Part shown: positions 24,753-35,881 of the stretch, piece by piece
Numbering within the stretch: position 1 is the first letter of the stretch
Layout: every line of letters begins with the position of its first letter
Program-made: the position numbers and the translations under genes
Assembly (NCBI GenBank): GCA_035221665.1
Contig: CM069154.1
Location: 6,262,001-6,326,000, forward strand
Length of the DNA stretch: 64,000 nucleotides
DNA from: Okamejei kenojei
Lineage: Eukaryota
Direction of reading: 5' to 3'
The notes under the pieces: model-generated
Databases searched by the model: none
Told to the model about the DNA's origin: nothing
What the model saw: the letters and a program-made list of their open reading frames with translations, nothing else

Positions 24753-26229
24753 GTGAGTGAAAGGCAGAACTGAATATTCGAATAATCAATGTTAGTTGGG
24801 GCCCCGTGTATTCTTTCCACAGCAGAGATGGATACGTATGTGTAGACATGTAATGGGGGCAATGGAACTCAGTGCATTGAGGTGCCGGCGTGTCATTTAT
24901 TTTATCAGAAATGTATGTTATCCAATATCCCTTTAAATCAGAATACAGTGTTGTTTCATATCTTTGATATGCCATAATGGATTGGCAATATAAAGGAAGT
25001 TTAGCTTACAAAGTCCGGGCAATTAAACCATTTTATTTCGTGAAAGAGTCACATGCTCATTGCTAGCCAAGTTTTCATGAAGGCAGAAGTGGTGGAATAA
25101 ATGTCGCGGATGCAAATTCTCCCGCTCACTTTGGCTTCCGTGGAACTCATGGCGCTGATATATTTTTCTCTCGCGTTCACATTGGCTTCAGTTCTATAAA
25201 ATCCAGTCGCAAAACATGTTGTTATCCTCAGATCATGGCACTGTTCTGCTCGACAGCTGACTGGCGTGACTGACTTACTCTTAACATTTGGACTCATCCC
25301 CTACACGCCCTTTGCCTCTGACCGTGTAGAGTTGTCCGCTTCACCCACATGGCACGTTAACGATTCTGCTCTAGAATTCAAATAGATTTAATTGTTTTGT
25401 TACTGATTTTCACCGGACGATGGTAGCTCACAACGCCAGTATTTATAGTCCTGAGCTCTTTTATTTTTCCTTTCTGGGCCTTTGCAGAGGGACGCTTCAG
25501 AGCCAAGCACGTTGTGGGGGCTCTGCAGTCGCTTGTAAACAAGTCTGTGTAGGACTGGTAGATGGGGTTGGGTGATCTTCTTCTTCTTTCGTGTAGGACA
25601 ACTTGTTCTATTTGATTTCCTGTTTGTGCACGTCGAGTTGATTGCATTAGTCGAAACAGGGCGAAGCACGTGAAGGTTGCAATCTTCCACCCCAGGGCTG
25701 GGTGATATTGTCGTGCCTTCATGGTCACCATTGCTGCTATAAGTTTCCCAGTCCTAGAAATATTTAATACAATGGATCCGAACTCGCTATGTATCATGGT
25801 AGGAACTGAGATCACATCTGAATTTCCAAATTCCAAGTTACTAATTTAACCACTGTTGCAACATGGTTCTTTATATGAATAACACAGCACGTAAATTTGG
25901 AGCATATACTCCAAGACAACTGTACCAAAGGACGGAGGTTCAGACATCACCAGGAATAGACAATAGACAATAGGTGCAGGAGTAGGCCATTCCGCACGTC
26001 GAGGCAGCACCGCCATTCACTGTGATCATGGCTGATCATCCACAATCAGTACCTCGTTACTGCCTTCTCCCCATATCCCCGTACTACGCAATCTTTAAGA
26101 TCTCTATCTAATTCTCTATTGAAAGCATGCAAGGAATTGGCTTCCACTACCTTCCACAGATTCACCAGCCTCTGTGTGAAAAAGTATTTCCTCTTCTCCG
26201 TTCTGAAGGCAAAGGCGGCGGTGAATGTC

Positions 26230-26480
26230 TAAACACGGGTCCGGCCCAGTGTTGGTTGAGATATGAATGTTGGCAGCGCAGCCGGCGGCACCGCCAATGA
26301 AATAGCAAAGTGGGGTCTTTCTGCCGGGTGAGAGGCCGGGCACCGCCTGGGATTGTTGAAAGGCAGCTCCTGCAACACTGCCGCGCTCCCTCAGTACCGC
26401 ACTGCGATCCCAGCCCAGTTTCTGCTCAGGGATCTGGAGTGGGAAGCGAACCCTAATTGTACTGACCCCGGGGACAGAAC
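26230..26480 (-). mobile_element. Probable old Deu-domain SINE fragment
   Basis: ctccctcagtaccgcactg...ctggagtgggaagcgaaccc resembles the SacSINE/AmnSINE family from memory; degraded. Confidence 0.4.
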
Positions 26481-26656
26481 ACCGACACAACAGGTACAAT
26501 AACAGCACTGCCTGCACTTCAGACCGGAGACATTGGCCGTGAAGCAATATGACACATCATGGAACGATTTAAGTTTTCTTTAATATAATTTTCAAAATGT
26601 ATCTACTCTCATGAAACAGTTCAATTCCTCTCAGTTCTGAAAGTTTCCCCCTTCAG

Positions 26657-26977
26657 TTTCAGATGCCGTGTGGGGAAAGAAGGATGTCAGAGGAGTTGTG
26701 GGAAGAGCGATCGCAATCGATTGCCACTATGCAGTAGAGTACCGCTCACACACAAAATACTGGTGCCGTGTGCGGAGTCGCCAATGCACAGATATGGTGG
26801 AAACAAATGGGCAACACGGACGGAGAGGAAGAGTGTCAATCACAGATTTCCCGGCACGAGGAATATTTACTGCGACTGTGGACGATCTTCAGGATGGAGA
26901 TACAGGACGGTACCGATGTGGAATTACTGCACCTGGCAAAGAGCCAATGTTACACGTACGTCTCCAGGTATTTGACG
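26657..26977 (+). CDS. Receptor gene C, Ig V exon
   Basis: ccccttcag|TT...GACG|gtaggt, 321 nt; VSDAVWGKKDVRGVVGRAIAIDCHY...KYWCRVRSRQC...DTGRYRCG. Confidence 0.9.
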
Positions 26978-28740
26978 GTAGGTTCCGCAGCGATTGACTT
27001 CATGTCTCCACTGAAATGACTGATCCATGTTTTCTCCGGGAGTGGTCAGGGCAGCACCGATATCCCGAGGCTCCGCAGCAGTGCAGGGACCTGCGGGGAG
27101 CGGGCGGGGGTCGGGAAACCCCACTCATGTTGCGCTCACCCAGTGCGGGCTCTGTCCCACTGAGCGGCCACCCACTTCAAGTGGGATGCTCTGCACATTT
27201 CCCTGCCTCTGAACTGTTAATTTACAAGTCGAATCGGTAGTAAGGAAGGCGAAAACAATGCTAGCATTTATTTATCGAATGTTAAAACTGGGATGTATTG
27301 CTGGAGCTCTAAAAGGCGTTGGGCAGACCACATTTGGAGCAGTTCCTGGCCCCATATCCGAGGAAGGATGTGCCAGCTCCGGATAGGCTCCAGAGGAGGG
27401 TTACAAGAATGATCCCAGGAATAAGTATGTTAACAAATGATGAGCGTTTGACGGTGCTGGGTCTGTACTCGCTTGAGTTTAGAAGGATGAGGGGGAACCT
27501 CATTGATACTTACCGAATAGTGAAAGGCCTGATTAGAGTGGATGTGGAGAGGATGTTTCCACTAGTGGGAGAGGCTCGTGCCAGAGGCCATAGCCATAGA
27601 ATAAATGAACGTTCTTCAGAAAGAAGATAAGGAGGGATTTCTTTAGTCAGAAGGTGGTGCATCTGAGGAATTCATTGCCCACAGACCGATGTGGAGCACA
27701 AACCAATTGATATTATAAGGTGGGGGTTAAGGGTCAATGTATAAGCGGTTATGGGGAGAAGGCAGGAGATTGGGGTTAAGGGGGGAAAATAGATCAGCCT
27801 TGACTGTGAATGGCGAGGTTGACATGATGGGCTGAATGGCCTAATTCTTCACATAGACACTATGAAGTTATGAAGTCTCTCCGTCCCCACTTCACGGATC
27901 AGTCACCCCATCGCCACCCCGCGGTCTCTCTCTCCCTCTACCTCCGTGAGTCTGACTGTCCCCCAATTAAATGTTATTTCTGTATGCTTCTTTATCACCT
28001 TCTCGTTACCAACAATAATCTATTCTACAATTTCCTTGAGCCCTTCTGCTTTGATGTCTCGTTTTCACACCTTATTCTTCCTTACCTCTGTGCCCCCCTC
28101 TCCCCTGACACAGTCTGAAGAAGGACCTCGACCTGAAACGTCACCCATTACATCTATCCAGAGATGCTGCCTGTCCTGTTGAGTTAATCCAGCATTTTAT
28201 TTCTGCCCATGTATCTGTCTAATTGTTTATTAAACATTGCGATAGTCCCTGCCTCAACTACCTCATCTGGTAGCTCGTTCCATACACCCACCACCCTGTA
28301 TCTGAAAGAGTTACCAGTTACAAAAATTCCGATTAATCTTTTCCCCTTCCTCTTAAAATTGCCCAATCTCTCTCTATTGCTCAGACCCTTGTGTCCTGCC
28401 AATCTCATCGTAACTCTTCTCCGCGCCCTCACCCACTTGACAACATCTTTCCCAGAACATATTATCCAATGCCCAATTCAGGCATCTTGGCAATACCGAG
28501 GCATGGGGGGGGGGGGGGGGGAAGGGGTAGATAAGATGAAAGACACAAAAACTGTAGTAACTCAGCGAGTCAGACACCATCTCTGGGGAAAAGAAAAATG
28601 TGGCCTTTCGGGTCGAGACCTTTCTTCAGTCGATAAGCTGATAAAGTTCAATTCTAGTGGGTCCTGGCTGAGATGTAGAAGTTTTAAAATATGGAGAAGG
28701 TTTTTCAGATGTCTACTCAATGTATAATTCTTTCCAACAG

Positions 28741-29061
28741 AACCCGTGTCTGTCCCTGTACTTGGATTCCAGTCATCGGGCAACGTCTCCTGTTTTGCGG
28801 GTTCAGTATCAGTGTCCTGTGAGTCCCACGAGGGATCTCTTCCCATTGTATACACATGGTTTAAGAGGACCCCTTCTGTGGATTTAAATATGTCAGATAC
28901 CAATAAATTGGATCTACATTGCCTATCCTTGAAGCAGCAACACCATCAATATTACTGCGCAGCCTCAAATAAACAAGGAAATATAATGAGTGAAGTTGTC
29001 AATGTGGTCACCTCCAACCATGACGGGACCTGCACCATGGTCATTAGGGTCAACGGCAAAG
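28741..29061 (+). CDS. Receptor gene C, Ig C2-like exon
   Basis: ttccaacag|AA...AAAG|gtaggt, 321 nt, open; EPVSVPVLGF...SCESHEGSLPIVYTW...YYCAASNKQG. Confidence 0.9.
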
Positions 29062-29508
29062 GTAGGTGATGGAGGGTTTGATACTTCAGGCGGTCATTGT
29101 GGTGGTCAACCGGGTGAAGGCTCTGTTACTGGAAGTTCCCTCATGTGTGTGGGCGCCATAGCATCATCACCCCGAGCTCGATTCCTCCATCCACACATCT
29201 ACCACGTTAATCCAAGTAATGTCAAGTAATCTGAGATCAAATGTTATTATGTTTAAATTATTTTATTAATTGGCCTGATCTTTTTGCATATTTCCTGCCT
29301 TGCCTCCCCTCCAACATTAGTCATTGTTAATATTCATGTCTACCCATGTGGATTTTATTATAATCTTCCTTTCCGCTGCGCCTTCTTTCTCCCAAGGAAT
29401 TACACTGTACACTGTATTCATTAGTTTCAGGACTACGCCATCTCATGCCTTCTTTCTGTGTTTTCTGAATCCATATAAACCTGTAATGTGTAATTCCCAG
29501 TCACGCAG

Positions 29509-29526
29509 CCATGCGCCAGTAATTAG
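29509..29526 (+). pseudogene. Gene C mini-exon with inactivated donor (GT>AT)
   Basis: CCATGCGCCAGTAATTAG|atcagt versus gene B ...TGAG|gtcagt. Confidence 0.6.
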
Positions 29527-29724
29527 ATCAGTAATTGGTGATCATAAATTGTCCTTCACCACCCCCCTTAATCCAACATCCGTTCTTACTCACAGCTGAT
29601 CTCCATTGGCTCTGCTGCTTCGTCCCGCTCCACTCAGGTTAGGACGTAAATATCAAGTACATGTTTCAAAGATAAACCGTCTCGTTTCCTCCCAGTGATT
29701 CTGTTTTTCTTGCCCTTTGCGCAG

Positions 29725-29815
29725 TTACATCTCATGGAAAGTGGGGCGCTGGATGTGCTTTCTCCTGCTTGTGATCTGGAGGATCTCAATCGCGTTGTTC
29801 ACATGCGGCACTGAG
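29725..29815 (+). CDS. Receptor gene C, TM exon (open, but out of phase with the C2 exon)
   Basis: tttgcgcag|T...GAG|gtaggt; YISWKVGRWMCFLLLVIWRISIALFTCGTE. Confidence 0.75.
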
Positions 29816-30468
29816 GTAGGTTTTATTGTCGGATATTCATGGTCAGAAATTATAGGAGCAGAATTAGGCCTTTCAGCCCATCATGTCTAATCCGTCATTC
29901 AATCACGGCTGATCTATCTTTCCAACTCAATCCCGTTCTCCTGCTCTTTCCCCATAACCCTAGACACCCGTACTTATCAAACGAATCTCAATCGCTGCCT
30001 TAAAAATATCCATTGACTTGGACAGAAACAAATTGCTGGAGTGGGCCAAGCACAAGCAGCATTTCTGGAGATAATTGACTTGGCCTCCGCAACCTTCTGT
30101 GGCAATGAATTCCACAGAATCGCCACACTCTGACCGAAGAGATTGCTCCTCGTCGCCGAATGTATCGGAAAACGGTTTACATTAATGATTTCAATTGCCC
30201 TGTCTAATGAGAGAAACAAAAACAGTGCACCTTTTGATATCCTGAAGTCAAACCAAAGCTCTCTGCTGACGATATCACACGGTTTTGTCAAGTTGTATGC
30301 CTTCAGGGTCGATTTCTGTGCTTGATGTGGGTTTACTGGGATCGATCTTCCAGACACCATTGTGTTGCGAGCGGTCAGGTGAGACAAATCGTGGCTCCCA
30401 GCAAAGATCCTATGGATCTTTGGTTCCCAGCATCAATTAGTCTGATGACTTCACATTGTCTTTTGCAG

Positions 30469-30516
30469 AAACGCGATGAATCAGAACCTCGCCACACGGC
30501 CCACCAATTACAATGA
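30469..30516 (+). CDS. Receptor gene C, terminal exon
   Basis: ttttgcag|AAA...; KRDESEPRHTAHQLQ*; paralogue of 21661-21708. Confidence 0.7.
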   Translation, partial: KRDESEPRHTAHQLQ

Positions 30517-33500
30517 AGACTCTTAGCTTTCACCAACATTGAAGGAATTCTGCACCGCAATCAAATATATGTATATCATCCAGCTTTGTCAACTGCTGTC
30601 AATTGAACAGAATATATGTCTCTTGTCAATAAATCATTGATTTCATGAAAGTGACTTCAAACCAAGGTTGCTAGACGTCAAGACGAGATCTGTTTCCATA
30701 ACCCGGTGTCCGCTCTGATCTTATTTTTCGTCACCTCCCCCAAAGTTTCTATCGTCACCTTAGTGCGATTATCTAACCGTAGTATAGTTTCCAACTGCAC
30801 TAGTTAACTAACCCTGTTATACTCTGTTCTATGCATTCAATTTACTGGAATCGTTGTTTTGTCAATTAATGAATAATAATGCAGATTATATGAATGCATC
30901 ATAATAAACTGTTGCTGTCAATGAAAGTTTGTCTCATTTGTTTTATTTAGACTGAAACTTTAGTGATGTAGTGATTTAGTGATTGCATTCAGACTGCTGA
31001 TATTCCACCTGCTGCCAATGGTTCAGGGACGTTAAGGAAAGGCAATCAATTAATCCTTCAAACCATGAGAACAAAATGATGCAACAACATTGTTCTGAAT
31101 ATTAGCGTTATTTAACTCTCCATAGATACTGCCTGACACGCGGAGCACATCCAACATCCGCAGATTTCATTCCCAAAATTTAACTTTTTTTTGACTGAGT
31201 GCTTGAAACATACAGAATGGATACAGACCATTCGGCCCAACGAGTCCACATCAACCAGCAATCAACCCTTTCACACTAGTTTTATTTATGCCCACGTTCG
31301 CGTCTTTTGAATTCAGTAATATTGATAAACATTTTAATGCTGAAACGTTATTCAATGTGTCCACTGTGCAAAGGAGTTAAAGGACTATAAATAGTGAAAG
31401 TCTTTTCTTGTGCAGAACAAAATGGTTGAGTTGCAGCTTGCAAAGCGCGGGGTGTGAAACTGCAAATACATTGTGTTACTTTCCTCAGTCTGACTTGTGA
31501 CTGTAACCCCGCCCGTGAAAGAACTGTGAAGGATGTTATTTGAAAATTTGAAAATGTTGACCTGCAATAATGGAGTCACGACCATAAAGTTCGGAAAGAG
31601 TCAAAGAAAGTTTCGGGTTAAAGCCTCACAGACAATGGCCAATGTTCTTCACACAATAAGCGGCGACACGCGGAAATGAGACCAGGGGCTGCTTCGAACC
31701 AAAGATCCTATAGTGGATCCAGAGCTTGCTGTAGGATCTTTGCTTTGAACTTACAAACTCGCAGGTCAGGGAAATCCGAGGGGTGCTGAATAGCCAGAGA
31801 TACTTGCAGATTATGTGGTCACACTGATGCTGCCTGGCCCGTTCAACGCGAGCTTGTTAATGGTCTAATGGGAGGAATGGTCTTGAATTGGAGCCTTTCC
31901 CCACTGCAAGACGTCCCAACGTGCCTCACAGATAGTGAGAGATAAATGGTCTGAGATTCCACAGATAGACAGACACAAAACGCTGGAGTAACTCAGCGGT
32001 CCGGGCAGTTACCATGGAGAGAAAAAATGGGTGACGTTTCGGGTCGAAACCATTCCAGACACCACCAAAGTTGTTTTTAGAGGTGGGTACTGGCTTGGAA
32101 TGTGCTTTAATCTAATATGTCCAAACAGTCATTTCTTTCCTTACGCTGAATTGTTCTGCAGTGCTGACACTTTGATCGAGCTGTTGAAACGAGGATGTGT
32201 ACATTCGTATCTCTGAACCGCATCCTGTGAGCAGCTCGTTGTAATGGTGTTTCGAGAAGTCGTGGGTCAAAATGCTGAAAATAAATTGTTTTGCAGCGCT
32301 TATCGGTTCCACTCTGCAGCGTGTTTAGTTGAGCAAGTGAATAAGAAATAGTTTCTCAGATGAGATCCTTTACCGAGGGTCGCCAACGCTCAGATTACAC
32401 CAGTGGCGGACACATCCGTGTGGCGCACCCATACCACGTGATGCACAACACTGCCACAGATGCGCAACTAGGGTTGCCAACTTTATCACCCCCAAATAAG
32501 GGACAAAAGGTCAAAATAAGGGACAAATTCCCGACGGCAATTCGCTGACCGACGGCCGTGACTGGGTGGCTACCTGTCCAAATCTCTAATTCAATGCCCC
32601 TTATTCATTTCGCCCACCCCTCACCTCTATCCACCCATTATTTGCCAGGCTTTGTCTTACCCCACCTCTTTTCGAGTATCATTCCCCTCACCATCAGTTT
32701 GAAGAAGGGTCCCAGCCGGAAACGTCACCTGTCCATGTCCTCCAGAGATGCTGCATGGTGCTGCATGACTCACTGAGATACTCCAGACATGATATCCTAC
32801 GTAGAAAACTATGCTGTCTATCCCTATTCAAAACTTGTCTATAACAAAGCCTTGAGTAAAAGGGAAAGCCCGAACAGGGACTTGAACCCTAGAAAAGAGT
32901 TCACTGTTAGAGACAAAGACGGTGAAGGGAATAAGATCATAAAACATTTCATGGACTGTATTTTAAAGATCATAAACAATTAAGAACTAGAGAGAAAAAA
33001 ATGCCTTCAGTGAAACCTGGAGAACATTACAAAAATTCCTTTTTAGGAAGACAATTTTCTCCTTGGATTTACGTCACTGGCGTTTGAATCGAGTCAACTT
33101 TCAAGAGTATTTTATTGTCATATGTTTCGAAACCTCACAACTAAATTCTTACTTAATATTCTCACAGTACTCTGAAAAACACAGTGTTCTGTAAAACCCG
33201 TAATAAAGAACAACAAAAAGTCCAGTATATATATAAAAACGGAAACTGACAAATCAACAAACAGTAATAGTGCAACGTCACAAATATTGCACCTGAGTCT
33301 GTATAGTTCGGAGCCTATTTAAATATCCACCAGTTATGGTGGAACATCAGACGTACTGGCGAATATATTTATCTGGCAGAATGGCGCAGATCAAAGAGAC
33401 ATGAGAAGACCACGCCATAATGCAACTGTTTGATTTTCCGTCCTTACACATCTACACACAGTAGCAGCATCCCGAACCAAAACGTCACATATCCTTGTTC

Positions 33501-34358
33501 TCCATAGCTGCTACTTGACACACTTTTGGTACTCCAGCACTTTGTGTTTTTCTTTTGTAAACCCCTGCATCTGGCATTTCTCGCATCCACACATATCTAA
33601 CCATTTCTGCTGTGGAAACAATATTCGAGTCTCGAACTGATTATCAGAAAGTCTAATTCCGGCTTTCACTCACCGGGCAGGGAACAAATGAGAAGCAACG
33701 GAATCCACATTGTTTTCGTAGCAGAGACCAGGTCAGCCGCTCAGTTTTGGTTAGTTGCTCAAATTTTGTTCCTCAGAACTAACAACCGAAAACTACACAT
33801 CCATAAACTAAACCATAGATGCTGTCTCGCCCGCTGAGTTTCTCGAGCATTTTGTATGAAGCTAAAATGAATTTTACATCTCACCTTCTAGGAGTAGTGG
33901 TTATTGCACAGCCGAGGCAGGGTCACAAAAAGAGATGAATGGTGTCGAAAATATAAGAACCATATTATTTTAATCAAATTTCCTCCATGAAACTTACCGA
34001 ATACTGAAAGGCCTGGATAAAGTGAATATGGAGAGGATGTTTCCACCTGTGAGAGATTCTAGGACCAGAGGACATAGCCTCAGAATAAAAGGGCGTACCT
34101 TTAGAAATGATATGAGGAGGAATGTCTTTAGTCAGAGTTTGGTGCAGCTGTGGAATTGATTGCCACAGATGGTTGTGGAGGCCAGGTCAATTTATATTTT
34201 AAAGGCAGAGATTGACAGTTTCTTAATTAGTAAGGGTGCCAGGGGTTATGGGGAGAACACGGGAGAATGGAGTTGAGAGGGAAAGATAGATTGATGGGCC
34301 GAATGGCCTAATACTGCTCCTATAACTTATGATCATTAACTTATGAAGTAAAACTTAC

Positions 34359-34820
34359 TATTGCCGATGTATTGTACCAGAGAACCACAATTCCTTGCTC
34401 TGTTGAAGATTGACACACCCATACTTCACTTGATGTTCGTTCTAGTTTATTTGAGGCTGATTGCCATGTTGCTTGAATGACTGATGATGTTAATTCATAG
34501 TCAGAAATTATTACCATATATATATATATTGAACGGCATGAGTATGAGAAGAGGCACGGAACATTGAAGATAAGTGAGATCTGGTGATGACAGAAATCCA
34601 GGCACATGGATGGACACAGATTTTCTAGAGAGAAGGATCAAACATTAGCTCTTATTTATTCACTAGATCTAATCTAGACTGAATTAGAGAGAGTGTTTTC
34701 ATGCCATATATAGAGAGTGGGAAGAGATCAAGGCCAGATTCACAGCACAATGATGGAATCCCCAAGAATGAGATTTGGTGGTGACAGAAATCCAGACACA
34801 GGAAAGGACACAGGTTCCAT
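34359..34820 (-). pseudogene. Two tandem degenerate C2-exon relics of the receptor family, in inverted orientation
   Basis: Reverse complement 34816-34650 reads EPVSFPVSGFLSPPNL... with a mutated acceptor; 34624-34359 has a ctctag acceptor, ...GFLSSP..., ASNKLERTSSEV... and a gtaagt donor. Confidence 0.75.
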
Positions 34821-35846
34821 GGAGAAAAATCAGACACGCACTGATATATTTTACTCCTGTGCTGAATCTAATCTAAATGAAATATTTAAACAAAAGAGAA
34901 AAATATTCAATATCTTTCAAAAGCACCTGGAAGACGAAGAATCATTGAGTTTGAAGTTTATTTGAATGTAATCCTCACAACTTTCAACAGATGGAGTTAA
35001 TCAACCAATAAATTATTTTAAGCTTGCAGTTAGGTCGGTTTAATGCACTTGAGCTTGATTACAATATCAATTATCACCGATATTTGTACTTAAACCTGGT
35101 TACACATTAATTTTATTTTATTTTCAATAAAAATAAAAGATGTCCCAATGACCCAGTTGCTCATTCTATGCAGCAAAGCCATCAGAAACAATATTCACGG
35201 CTGTTTTCAGACAAATGGTTAAGACCTCGCTGAATCTTTGCTTATTACTGTAGCCTCTGATCTAGGAATCTTCTCAAGACTTTAGACCTTAGAGATACAG
35301 GCCTTTTAGACCAATGAGTATGTGGCGATCAGCTATCTCCTTACAATAGTTCTATCGTACACATTACACGTAAAAATAATGTGATATGCATTAAAAATTC
35401 CTAAGCCAATGTTGCTTTAGTACAATTTTCTAGGTAACCATGACACTAAAGTGAAAGTATTTGGGGATTACAGACATCTGTATAATCTGTATTACAAATA
35501 CCATTTATACTAATAAGCAACAAGGTGTAATATTTCTTCAACCTATGTGATCCGATCAAAAACTTGACTTTCTTTACAGAGAAGAACTCTTTGATTGCTG
35601 CAAGACCCAGGGAAATATAAATGCACTGGCCGCAGATGCCACTGCTGGCTGTAAAGTACACTGCGATACTGTTAACAATGTCAGCAGCATTTGTACAAGC
35701 CACGTGAACCACCACATGAAACTTACAGTGAAGGAGTGAATTTCTGCACAGGGTTTACACTTGCTGAACCTATAATCATTGTTACACTTTACACTTACAA
35801 CCTGTCAGGTCCCATTTTCACGCCCCCTCTCTGCTGCTCCCCCCCC

Positions 35847-35881
<35 letters not shown>

